Notes under the pieces: generated by a model | Database searches by the model: none | Seen by the model: the letters and a program-made list of their open reading frames with translations, nothing else | What the model was told of the DNA's origin: nothing | Made by a program: the position numbers and the translations under genes | Source: Chlamydiia bacterium | Lineage (GTDB): Bacteria > Chlamydiota > Chlamydiia > Chlamydiales > Parachlamydiaceae | NCBI GenBank assembly: GCA_038257035.1 | Contig: JBBSJT010000043.1 | Coordinates: 1 to 18,270, forward strand | Length of the DNA: 18,270 bases | Direction: 5' to 3' | Part shown: piece after piece, positions 1 through 8,600 of the stretch | Layout of the letters: every line of letters starts with the position of its first letter | Position numbering within the stretch: position 1 is the first letter of the stretch

Positions 1-78
1 AGGCTGTAGGCCTGCTTTATAATCAATTTAAGATCTTTTATTTAAGCAACTTGAGGCCTTAGCTTAATGCGTATGCGC
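1..78. mobile_element. One arm of palindromic MITE-like element, family A (truncated by window start)
   Basis: 1-78 aligns with 8824-8902: aggctgtaggcctgctttataatca...ttagcttaatgcgtatgcgc, including the identical terminal repeat. Confidence 0.85.
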
Positions 79-79
79 A

Positions 80-204
80 TACGCGGCAGGATCACTTCGC
101 GGCAGGATATTATCAACCCCTAATATATCTTAGAGGTTGATAGTATCCTGCCGCGAAGCGATCCTGCCGCGTAAGCGATCCTGCATATCCTGTAAAAAAA
201 ATCG
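80..204. repeat. Palindromic element, family B (GCAGGAT-unit hairpin); outer part of left arm displaced by family A
   Basis: 44-bp stem 80-123/130-173 with 3 mismatches and a 6-nt loop. The right arm continues unpaired to 204 (gcgatcctgcatatcctgtaaaaaaaatcg), whose reverse complement matches 18198-18259. Confidence 0.85.
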
Positions 205-281
205 AAAATGTTATAGATTATAGAGGTCTAAATCTTCAGTTTGAAGTAGAACCTGTATACACTTATCAATATTTTGACTTA

Positions 282-1637
282 CTAGCTTTTGAGTTTTTTG
301 AAGATAGTGTACCAATGCCCGGCCACCTCTGTCACATCGTTGTCCAATGATTTTTGAATTCCCTTAACACCTGCCATCACTGTTGAATGGTCTTTTGAAA
401 AAAGGTCGCCGATTTTCATGTACGGGAGTTTAAGTTCCGTGCGGCAAAGGTGCATGGCAATTTGCCTAGGTAGTACAATATCACGGTTTTGGGCTTTGCC
501 AAAAAGATCTTCGGCTTTAATACCAAACTGTTCTGCGACAACCTTAAAGATTTTTTCAGGTGTTAATGTATTATGTGCTTCTTCTTCGATTAAATCAGCA
601 AGAATTTGTTTTGCCATTGGTACTGTCATCATTTTGTCTGTTTGGTGAGTTCTTAAAATGAGAGCTTCCAGTGCGCGAATAAGGTATTTACAATTGCTTG
701 CAAATGTTTCAAGGAAAAAGTCGATCAGTTTTGGGTGGAGATAGAAGTTTAAGCTTGTTGCTTTTTGGTTTAAAATCTTTTTCAACTCATCTTTTGTGTA
801 AACTGCAAGAGGTAAAACAATACCCCATTCAAAGCGACTCACTAATCTTGGCTCGATGAGGTGCAATTCTGCAGGTGCAACACTTGATGATAGTATTATC
901 TGCTTGCCTTCCAATTGAAGAGCGTTAAACGTATGGAAAAATTCTTCTTGTGTGGCAGCTTTTCTTGAAAAAATATGAACATCATCGATGATTAAAGCAT
1001 CAACATTGCGGTAGGCCTGCCTAAAATGGCTCATTTCGCTTGCGCGGATGGCTGTTACGACATGATCTGTGAATTTGTCTGCACTTGCATAAATAGCTCT
1101 TAGTCCACGATTTCTTAGAGCGTGTGTGGCAGCTTGTAAAAGATGGGTTTTACCAGAGCCCTTGATACCATAAAGATAGATTGGGTTGAATGAACCAAGA
1201 TCCAATTTTATCTGATCGCTTGGCTTTCCAGTGGCTTCATCGATACCGCAAGCTTGGCAAAGAACTTTATAGGCTAGTAAATCACTTTCTGTTGATACAT
1301 AACTTTCAAAAGTACAAAGAGGATTTAACTCTTCGTACTGGATGCTTAATTTAGGAACGATCTCGACCTTTGATTTTGGTCGAGATGTTTTTTCAATAGC
1401 TGCTTGAGAGGGGAGTTTTACATGAACTCGAATACTTTTATTGTTGTTATTCTTAAATTCTGCTAAAACTTTTTTTCGCAAATGTTCTTCAAACCAGATA
1501 AGCTGGAATCTGTCTGCTTCTAAAAACAAGTTGCAGGCATCAAAATTGACAACCTTTAACGGTTTTAGCCATTTATCAACTGTTTCGGCCCCAAGTTCCG
1601 TCCTAAGGCCTTCTAAATATTTTTCCCAAAGCTGCAT
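282..1637 (-). CDS. dnaA: Chromosomal replication initiator DnaA, yidC-linked chlamydial paralogue
   Basis: Walker A GIKGSGKTH, Walker B LIIDDVH, QEEFFHTFN, RLVSRFEWG, and domain IV PRQIAMHL...KDHSTV. Lies 10 bp downstream of yidC, as in Chlamydia. Confidence 0.97.
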   Translation of the reverse strand: MQLWEKYLEGLRTELGAETVDKWLKPLKVVNFDACNLFLEADRFQLIWFEEHLRKKVLAEFKNNNNKSIRVHVKLPSQAAIEKTSRPKSKVEIVPKLSIQYEELNPLCTFESYVSTESDLLAYKVLCQACGIDEATGKPSDQIKLDLGSFNPIYLYGIKGSGKTHLLQAATHALRNRGLRAIYASADKFTDHVVTAIRASEMSHFRQAYRNVDALIIDDVHIFSRKAATQEEFFHTFNALQLEGKQIILSSSVAPAELHLIEPRLVSRFEWGIVLPLAVYTKDELKKILNQKATSLNFYLHPKLIDFFLETFASNCKYLIRALEALILRTHQTDKMMTVPMAKQILADLIEEEAHNTLTPEKIFKVVAEQFGIKAEDLFGKAQNRDIVLPRQIAMHLCRTELKLPYMKIGDLFSKDHSTVMAGVKGIQKSLDNDVTEVAGHWYTIFKKLKS

Positions 1638-1647
1638 TGAGTCACGA

Positions 1648-3606
1648 TCATTTTGTTTTTAGCACTAATTGTGTTGTATTTGCCATTTTCTTTGATGTCC
1701 ACCACTGTTGTAATATACCAAGCAGCATAGAAGATAGCCAGTAAATATTTAATCCTGATGGAAAATTATAAAACATAATTGCAAAAACAGCCGCCATAAT
1801 ATAACCCATCATGCGTTGTTGTCTTTGTTGTTCTGTCATCAAAGATACATCTTTTGGTGCAGTACTTGACATTTTCTGCTGAAGAAACATGACAAGACCC
1901 AACAAAATTGGTAGCAAGTGAAATTGATTTCCGATAAAAAATAAAGGTTTGTCCCAAGAAAAAAGTACGTCGGGAGCTGATAAATCATTGATCCAACCAG
2001 GAATAAAACTTGCACCTCTAAGCTCGAATGTCGATTTCAATAAATCAAACATACCAATCAAAAATGGCATCTGAATCAATAGAGGAAAACAGCCGGAAAC
2101 TGGATTCACGCCCTCTTTTTTATAGAGATCCATGATTTCTATCTGGGCCTTTTTAGGATCTTTTTTATTCTTTTCCTGAATTGCCGTAACTTGTGGGGCA
2201 ATTTTTTGCATTTTAAGCATGGACTTTGTCGACCAAGCATTTAATGGATAAAGCATGAGTCTTAAAGCAACTGTCAATAGTATAATTGAAAATCCCCAAG
2301 AGCCTGTGAGATAATGAAAGAAGCTCATTAGAACAAACAAGAACTTAGCAAATGGCTCTGAGATAAACGCAAACCAGCCATGAAATGTTTGGGAGGCAAT
2401 GTAATCAGGATTGTAAGCCGTTGCAGCATCGGAATAAACACTATCCACAGTCTTTAAAATTCCACTAGCAAATGGACCTGTAAAGAGCCTGAACTCCATT
2501 GTTCCGCCTTTGCTATTCAATGGCAATTGCATCATGTAGCCCGGCATATCTTCTGCTTTGAATTTATGATAAATCTCATCAACCTTAGTAAGACGAGATG
2601 GAACATTTTTACCGGGAACGTATTGTGCGCTAAGACCTGAATCAATTGCTGTTACAGGATCAAGGATTACACCAAAGAAACCATTTGAGTTTGTCAACCA
2701 GTCAGGGTAGATAGACTCAAAAACACTAGGTTTTTTTGCTTCTGGAAGGCCTAACAGAACAACTTCCGGTTTATTATTTCGTGTGATGCGATATTTAAGA
2801 GAAGGGGCTATAGCACCTGAAATCCATTCTACTTCAGGAACGCCTGAAATAATCCAAAGCCCTCGACTATCGCCATCAACCTTAACACTTAAATTGATAA
2901 CGTAAGGTGCATCTTTTTCATTTTCAACAGAATATGTTTTGAGAATGCGACGGTGGTCTTGAGTTGCTTCAAAACTAATTGATGTTTTTGTAAATTCTTT
3001 TAATTCAAAAACAAGACTTGCATCTTCAGGAAATTCTGAAACAATATTGGCTGCATAATATTCAGGTGAAATGCCTTTGATTGTTTTATTGTCCCTTTCA
3101 ACAATTCCTCGTCTTAAAAGAGGGTAATAGCCCCCAAGTTTACCAGCTTCATGAGCCACCAAGTCTTTTGTGTCGGTACCCGGTGTAAAATAAGGTCTGA
3201 GTGGAAATTGGCTGTTTTTTGGGTGATCATCGATCAAGTCTCTATCAACTTGAGTTTCTTTAACAACGCTGCGTTGGTTTTCTTCTGTTTTAAAAGGAAG
3301 ATTGATCTCGACTAAAGCCGCGCCAACGTTAGAAAACACAAGTTGTTGGTAATCGTTTTCAATGACATAAAATTTTTCGGCAACATTTTCTGTTTTATCA
3401 TTGCTCGGTAAAGGTGTTTTAGCTACAAAAGGAGCTTGTTTTGTAGATGGACTAGCATCTGACGCCACCGGTGTTTGAGCTTTTTTAAGCTCTTGTCTTG
3501 CAAGCCATTCTTGTTTAGCGGCTTGATCGCGCTGCTGAAAAAATACATTGACGCCAAATAGAATAAAAGTTAGCGACAGTACAAAAATAAAAGTTCGTTT
3601 ATCCAT
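1648..3606 (-). CDS. yidC: Membrane protein insertase YidC
   Basis: N-terminal TM (MDKRTFIFVLSL), large periplasmic domain, GSWGFSIILLTV, GVNPVSGCFPLLIQMP, WINDLSAPD, PSGLNIYW. Start placed at the ATG at 3606 rather than the ORF-track TTG at 3651. Confidence 0.96.
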   Translation of the reverse strand: MDKRTFIFVLSLTFILFGVNVFFQQRDQAAKQEWLARQELKKAQTPVASDASPSTKQAPFVAKTPLPSNDKTENVAEKFYVIENDYQQLVFSNVGAALVEINLPFKTEENQRSVVKETQVDRDLIDDHPKNSQFPLRPYFTPGTDTKDLVAHEAGKLGGYYPLLRRGIVERDNKTIKGISPEYYAANIVSEFPEDASLVFELKEFTKTSISFEATQDHRRILKTYSVENEKDAPYVINLSVKVDGDSRGLWIISGVPEVEWISGAIAPSLKYRITRNNKPEVVLLGLPEAKKPSVFESIYPDWLTNSNGFFGVILDPVTAIDSGLSAQYVPGKNVPSRLTKVDEIYHKFKAEDMPGYMMQLPLNSKGGTMEFRLFTGPFASGILKTVDSVYSDAATAYNPDYIASQTFHGWFAFISEPFAKFLFVLMSFFHYLTGSWGFSIILLTVALRLMLYPLNAWSTKSMLKMQKIAPQVTAIQEKNKKDPKKAQIEIMDLYKKEGVNPVSGCFPLLIQMPFLIGMFDLLKSTFELRGASFIPGWINDLSAPDVLFSWDKPLFFIGNQFHLLPILLGLVMFLQQKMSSTAPKDVSLMTEQQRQQRMMGYIMAAVFAIMFYNFPSGLNIYWLSSMLLGILQQWWTSKKMANTTQLVLKTK

Positions 3607-3928
3607 GATCACTCGATTTAAAAATTTTCTAGTCTTAAGTAAAACGTTCAAGATACCACAAAATGGTAAATATTAAAAGTAAAATACAGATCTCACTTGA
3701 ACTATAGCAATATTATTTTTTTGCACTTTTCCAAGGGAGGTTCTTCGAAAGGAGGATCTAGGAGATCGAGAAAATGCTATTGAATACAATTTTTTGCCCT
3801 CTCCTTATTTAATAGAAATAGCTATGAAGGAGTGAAGAAAAAAAGGGGCTTACACGTTGAAACTTTCGGAAACTTAGGTGATATTATAGAGACAATTGAA
3901 AGATTAAAGCATGGGGGAAATTCTGTTA

Positions 3929-4717
3929 TTATTTTTCAGGGTAAAGTTTTAAAAAATCCCTCAGAACAGCTATATCATTATCTGTTAGGCGATTCATTAA
4001 GGGGCTTCCATCGATTTCTGCTAACTTCTGTCTTAGCTCTTTTGCTATTGGTTCTAATTCTTTATGATGGACATTGCCTCCCTCCTTCAATATAGATCTA
4101 ATCTCATTGTAAGTCTTAAAGTCTAAAATAAGGTTCCTGCCGAGACCTTCTTTTAATCGTAGGTTTTTAAAATCATTGTAGTTCTCGATTATCTTGGTAA
4201 GATTAGGTTTAAATTCATTACCTCTATTTGTCACATTGCTTAAAGGAGCTTCCTGCAAAGGTCTAGTTGGTGGCTTACTAGTTTGGGCGGGTTCAAATTC
4301 CCCAGGGTAATAAGGTTTTAAAAAATTTACGATTTTTTCTCTACTTTCAATTGTACAGAAACTACGGGGGGAGGAATCGTCGGCTACCAAAAGATCTTTA
4401 AGATCTTTTGCTAAAGGTCTCAACTCCTCGCGAAAGCTATTGCCAGCCATTATAAGTGTAGATTTAATATGATTCATCAAGTCTTGATCTAGCCTTCTTC
4501 CCATTGGTCCCACTTGTGTTGTACGTCTTTCCTTATAATCATTGTAATTTTCTGCCATTTGTTTGAAATCGTGTTTAATTTCAGTCCTTACCTCATTCTT
4601 TGAAATAGGTGTTTTGCTTCCCATCAGCTTGTTTTTAGTTGCCTCGGTTCCCTTCTTTTCTATATTAACCAGATTTCCTAATCTATTTATAAAACCACCT
4701 TTACTTGTTGGCTCCAT
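3929..4717 (-). CDS. Hypothetical protein with two tandem ~95-aa homologous domains; candidate type III secreted protein
   Basis: 262-aa ORF from ATG 4717 with a GGGGG RBS, 1 nt after the upstream chaperone stop. The motif ENYND(Y/F)K...EL(R/E)P(L/I)AK(D/E)L...FLK occurs twice. Confidence 0.75.
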   Translation of the reverse strand: MEPTSKGGFINRLGNLVNIEKKGTEATKNKLMGSKTPISKNEVRTEIKHDFKQMAENYNDYKERRTTQVGPMGRRLDQDLMNHIKSTLIMAGNSFREELRPLAKDLKDLLVADDSSPRSFCTIESREKIVNFLKPYYPGEFEPAQTSKPPTRPLQEAPLSNVTNRGNEFKPNLTKIIENYNDFKNLRLKEGLGRNLILDFKTYNEIRSILKEGGNVHHKELEPIAKELRQKLAEIDGSPLMNRLTDNDIAVLRDFLKLYPEK

Positions 4718-4718
4718 A

Positions 4719-5441
4719 TTAACCCCCAATTTCTGTTTTGCTAGATATATATTCCAAGGCTGCTATTGCATCACCTTTAAGTTCTTCATTTTCGCATGCC
4801 TTTGTCAGTTGCGCGCTGATTTTATTAAAATCTTGAAGTTTTTCACTACAGCGAATTAACCCTAAGTAAGCTGTAAATTTATGAGGCGTTATTGCAATAG
4901 CTTTTTCGAATGTTTCTATAGCCTCTAAAATTTGATTATTATCCTCTAATGCCAAGCCAAGTCCAACCCAAAAGGAAGGAATATCCGGATTTAACAAAGT
5001 TAGGAAAGTATATATTTTTATAGCTTTTTGATGATGTTTATTTTCGTAATAAATTCTTGCAAGATCATACAGCTCAAGGAGCATTTCGTCAGAATAATTG
5101 ACGAGATATTGAATTTTTGTGGAGTTTTGTAAGTAATTTGTCCAAAATTCCATACTATCAACAGTTTTTTTTGCCTCTTCTTCCATTTCATATGTTTTGG
5201 CAGTAAGAGGATTATCCTCTAACGATGTTTCATTAGTGGAGTGACTTTCTAATTCTTTAATACAGAGTTCATATCCTTGGTCAAAAGATTTTTTTTTGAG
5301 AATTGCATTCTCTTGTAATTTTAAGATTTTTTGGTTATTTTTTTCCGTTGATTCAATTAACGAGACTGATCGCGAGCGTTGAAGTCGCATGGCTTCTCGA
5401 ATTAACTCGGCATCATCAAGGTTAGTTAGTTTTTTTTCCAT
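4719..5441 (-). CDS. TPR protein, SycD/LcrH-like type III secretion chaperone with N-terminal extension
   Basis: C-terminal half YSDEMLLELYDLARIYYE...AIKIYTFLTLLNP...FWVGLGLALE...EAIETFEKA fits the class II chaperone TPR pattern. GGTGG RBS upstream. Confidence 0.75.
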   Translation of the reverse strand: MEKKLTNLDDAELIREAMRLQRSRSVSLIESTEKNNQKILKLQENAILKKKSFDQGYELCIKELESHSTNETSLEDNPLTAKTYEMEEEAKKTVDSMEFWTNYLQNSTKIQYLVNYSDEMLLELYDLARIYYENKHHQKAIKIYTFLTLLNPDIPSFWVGLGLALEDNNQILEAIETFEKAIAITPHKFTAYLGLIRCSEKLQDFNKISAQLTKACENEELKGDAIAALEYISSKTEIGG

Positions 5442-5555
5442 AAACCACCGTAGTTACATAACATCTACCCTTATTAAAGCATTTAATTGATTGTTTTGCA
5501 ATTAAATAGATTAAAAGGGTTGCTTGTCAGTGTTTATTTATTTTTAATTATTTTT

Positions 5556-5584
5556 TTGTGTTAATGTTTATGTAATTATATAAT
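5556..5584 (+). promoter_or_regulatory. Possible sigma66/sigma70-type promoter for the kinase gene
   Basis: TTGTGT (5556-5561), 17 nt, TATAAT (5579-5584) in the divergent intergenic region. The region is very AT-rich, so a chance match is possible. Confidence 0.3.
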
Positions 5585-5719
5585 GAAGTTGTTGAAAAAA
5601 ATAGCTTATGGGGTAAAACTTAACAGAGTCATCTAGTTTTGAGAACCTACGAATTTTTCTTATCCTTTTTTTATAGAATATGTATGATACGTTTTAAAAT
5701 TGGTTAAAAGGAAAAACTC

Positions 5720-7741
5720 ATGGAAATTAGGATAATGGAATCTAAGACTCTTGGCGATTATATCATTATTAAACAGATTGGACAAGGTTCCTTTGGGATT
5801 GTTTATTTGGCTGAACATCGCTACATGAAAAGACATTATGCCCTTAAAATTCTTCCTGAAGAACTTGCCACCGATAGAGCCTTTATTCAACGCTTTGAAG
5901 ATGAAGTCTCACAACTTTCAACGCTAGAGCATCCCAATATTGTAAAAATCCATAACATTTCATTTTTTCAAGGTCAATATTTTCTTGTAATGGATTGTGT
6001 GGTTGATGATATGTTGGAAACGACCAATTTAGCTAAATATTTGATCGGTGATCAAAATAAATTAAGCGAAGAGCGTATTTTTCAGATTTTATCACAAGTG
6101 GCGCTTGGCTTAGACTATGCTCACCATAAGAGATCAATTGCTCATGGAAATTTGAAGTTAAACAACATTTTAATGGGTAAAACTAAAAATGGCAATCTTG
6201 AAGTTTCCATTTCAGACTTTGGGTTAACCAAGGTTATTGGGCCGTCTGCGGTTTTGACAAGAATTTATAAAAATGTGGCAGAAAATTTAGGGCTCACATC
6301 TCTTCTTGGACTTACAAAAAATAGTGTTGAAAAATACCCGAATCCTGCGATCGACAACCAAAAACTCAATCCTCTTCATACTTCATTTTTGCAAAGCTTT
6401 GCCTTTTTAGCACCCGAGCAAAAACGGTTGGACAACCAAAAAAACGTCGACAGAAAATCTGATGTTTATGCTTTTGGCGTTTTAACCTATTTCCTATTAA
6501 TGAATGAATTTCCGGAGGGTTATTTCCAGATGCCATCCATGAAGTTCCCTGAATACCAAAAAGGCTGGGATTCCATTATTAAAAATTGTTTAAATAGCGA
6601 TCCTGCAAAAAGACCTGAAGTGATTCTTCCTTGTCTAGAAGATGTAATGCAAACTGCCAGAGTTGCGCCACAATTGGCACCTCAATTTTTAGATGTGGCT
6701 ATCAAAGAAAAAGTTAAAGAAGAAATTGTAAGTGTAGAAAAAATTCCTGAGACAAAGCCTGTCAAAATTGCAACAGATGAAATTCAATTTAAGAGCGTAC
6801 AGAAATGTGAGATAGCAGACGTTATGGAATCAGTAAGTGAAGTTGCATGTCAATTGAGTTCAACTCAAGAAGCCACAAGCGCACATGTACTAAAGCCTGT
6901 TTTTCATACAGCAGAACTTAAAAGACCGGAAGTTGATCCTGATCCTGCTGCTATTTTTCAGATTGATACAACAGTTAAACACTACATGCCGGAACAAAAA
7001 GAAGTTAAAAATATACAACCCTTAAGAACCGAGATGATCGTTATTCCGGAAGGTAATTTCTTAAGAGGAAGCAACGGAGGCAATCGCGACGAAACACCAA
7101 GGCACCAAGTGCACTTAAGCAGTTTTGCAATTGATATACATCCCGTAACCAATGAGCAATTTGTGCGCTTTCTTGACATTCTTGGCGGAGAAAAAGATAG
7201 CAACCACCAAGATGTAATTCGCTTACGCGATTCAAGAATAAAACGAAGCGGTGGCAAATTAAGTATTGAATCGGGGTATGCAAAGCATCCTGTTGTAGGC
7301 GTTACATGGTATGGGGCGATGGCTTATGCAAAATGGGTGGGCATGCGACTTCCAACAGAGGCTGAATGGGAAATTGCAGCTTATGGGGGACTTGAGGGTG
7401 TGTTGTATCCGACAGGTGATGACATTGAAAAAACTGAAAGCAATTTCTTTAGTTCCGATACAACCCCCGTAAAAAGCTATCCTGCAAATGATTACGGGCT
7501 CTACGATATGTCAGGAAATGTCTACGAATGGTGCTATGATTGGTATGGCTATAATTATTATGAAGTATCCATTCAAGAACCTGAAAACCCAATGGGCCCA
7601 CTACAAGGTGTCTACAGGGTGCTAAGGGGTGGTTGCTGGAAGAGCTTGAAAGAAGATCTTCGTTGTTCAAGAAGACACAAAAACAATCCGGGAACGGTCA
7701 ATGGTACTTATGGATTTCGCTGTGTCACAGATGCTCAATAA
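5720..7741 (+). CDS. pkn1: Ser/Thr protein kinase with C-terminal FGE-sulfatase domain (Pkn1-like)
   Basis: IGQGSFG, YALK, DFG and LAPEQ kinase motifs. C-terminal PVTNEQF, HPVVGVTW, RLPTEAEWE, GLYDMSGNVYEW, RGG.W and GFRC motifs of the FGE fold. This architecture matches chlamydial Pkn1. Confidence 0.9.
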   Translation: MEIRIMESKTLGDYIIIKQIGQGSFGIVYLAEHRYMKRHYALKILPEELATDRAFIQRFEDEVSQLSTLEHPNIVKIHNISFFQGQYFLVMDCVVDDMLETTNLAKYLIGDQNKLSEERIFQILSQVALGLDYAHHKRSIAHGNLKLNNILMGKTKNGNLEVSISDFGLTKVIGPSAVLTRIYKNVAENLGLTSLLGLTKNSVEKYPNPAIDNQKLNPLHTSFLQSFAFLAPEQKRLDNQKNVDRKSDVYAFGVLTYFLLMNEFPEGYFQMPSMKFPEYQKGWDSIIKNCLNSDPAKRPEVILPCLEDVMQTARVAPQLAPQFLDVAIKEKVKEEIVSVEKIPETKPVKIATDEIQFKSVQKCEIADVMESVSEVACQLSSTQEATSAHVLKPVFHTAELKRPEVDPDPAAIFQIDTTVKHYMPEQKEVKNIQPLRTEMIVIPEGNFLRGSNGGNRDETPRHQVHLSSFAIDIHPVTNEQFVRFLDILGGEKDSNHQDVIRLRDSRIKRSGGKLSIESGYAKHPVVGVTWYGAMAYAKWVGMRLPTEAEWEIAAYGGLEGVLYPTGDDIEKTESNFFSSDTTPVKSYPANDYGLYDMSGNVYEWCYDWYGYNYYEVSIQEPENPMGPLQGVYRVLRGGCWKSLKEDLRCSRRHKNNPGTVNGTYGFRCVTDAQ

Positions 7742-7829
7742 GATTTCTTAAAAAAAAAGACTGCAAAAAAAAACGAGATCATGCTAATTTCAAAATTCAA
7801 GAATTTATTAGTACCATAAAGGGGGAATC

Positions 7830-8480
7830 GTGAAAAAACTGGTTTTAAAAAAACAGTTGTTGTCATTTTTGATGGGCATCTCTGCATGCCTGACTACTGG
7901 AAATGTTATGGCTGATGGGCCAGCTGTTGTTGTAACGGGCAGCACAGCAATTCAAGCTCCAAAAGACGTTGAATGTTCAAAAGAGCTATTGCTTGCTTAT
8001 TTTCCTGATATTTTCGTTAAAGAAACTTTTGTTAAATTTAATGTAGCAAAAGATAAATGGGAGCCGATTATAAAAGGTTTAAATGAGAAAGATAAAGAAG
8101 TCATTAAAACTGTAGAAGATAAAGCTTCTAAAATGAATCCAAACCCATTGAAGGATCCAACGCAGCGTCAAGCGGCAGTTAAATTATTTAGAGAAACTCT
8201 TTTAGAGATCTTTTCTACTGTTTTAAAAAATAACGGCATCACCGATCAAAGTCAAATCTCTTCTATGTTGGATGATATCCAACAGCAAAAAGCAAAACGT
8301 TTTGCTCTTTGTATCAAGAAAGATAATGAAGCAAAGAAATTGAATGATGATAATAATGACGACGATGATGACGAAGATGATGATGAAGACGATGAAGATG
8401 ACGAAGATGATGAAGATGATAAATCTGATGATAATAAGGCAAAGCCCGATTTAAAAATCGACATAAAAGCCCAACCTTAA
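7830..8480 (+). CDS. Hypothetical exported protein with Asp/Glu-rich C-terminal tract
   Basis: GTG start with AAGGGGG RBS, signal-peptide-like N-terminus (MKK...NVMA/D), acidic tract at 8346-8432, and a terminator directly downstream. Confidence 0.8.
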   Translation: MKKLVLKKQLLSFLMGISACLTTGNVMADGPAVVVTGSTAIQAPKDVECSKELLLAYFPDIFVKETFVKFNVAKDKWEPIIKGLNEKDKEVIKTVEDKASKMNPNPLKDPTQRQAAVKLFRETLLEIFSTVLKNNGITDQSQISSMLDDIQQQKAKRFALCIKKDNEAKKLNDDNNDDDDDEDDDEDDEDDEDDEDDKSDDNKAKPDLKIDIKAQP

Positions 8481-8504
8481 ATGGTCTATAGCTGAAAGTT
8501 CCCG

Positions 8505-8532
8505 AGCGGAGACATCCTCTCCGCTTTTTTTT
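8505..8532 (+). terminator. Rho-independent terminator
   Basis: agcggaga-catcc-tctccgct stem-loop followed by a T run, 24 nt after the stop at 8480. Confidence 0.85.
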
Positions 8533-8600
8533 GTCAATTTTCCATATTCACTCCCATATCATTTAAAAATATAATTAGATCAATTGCCCTTACCGCGGCA

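Noticed and set aside
80..193. Tandem GCAGGAT units as a CRISPR array
   Set aside because: Units are 16-17 nt, inverted across the hairpin, with no unique spacers and no cas genes in the window.
205..281. oriC next to dnaA
   Set aside because: No TTWTNCACA boxes were seen here or in the other intergenic regions, and dnaN is not adjacent.
3607..3651. Longer TTG-initiated yidC N-terminus from the ORF track
   Set aside because: MDKRT at ATG 3606 resembles the usual chlamydial YidC start and directly precedes the first TM segment.
3790..3850. Possible hairpin/terminator (ctcctt...aaggag) between the effector-like gene and yidC
   Set aside because: Only a 6-bp core stem with a long AT loop; not convincing.
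8252..8464. Poly-Ser ORF on the minus strand (likewise 17285-17551)
   Set aside because: Antisense shadows of Asp/Glu-rich tracts in real genes.
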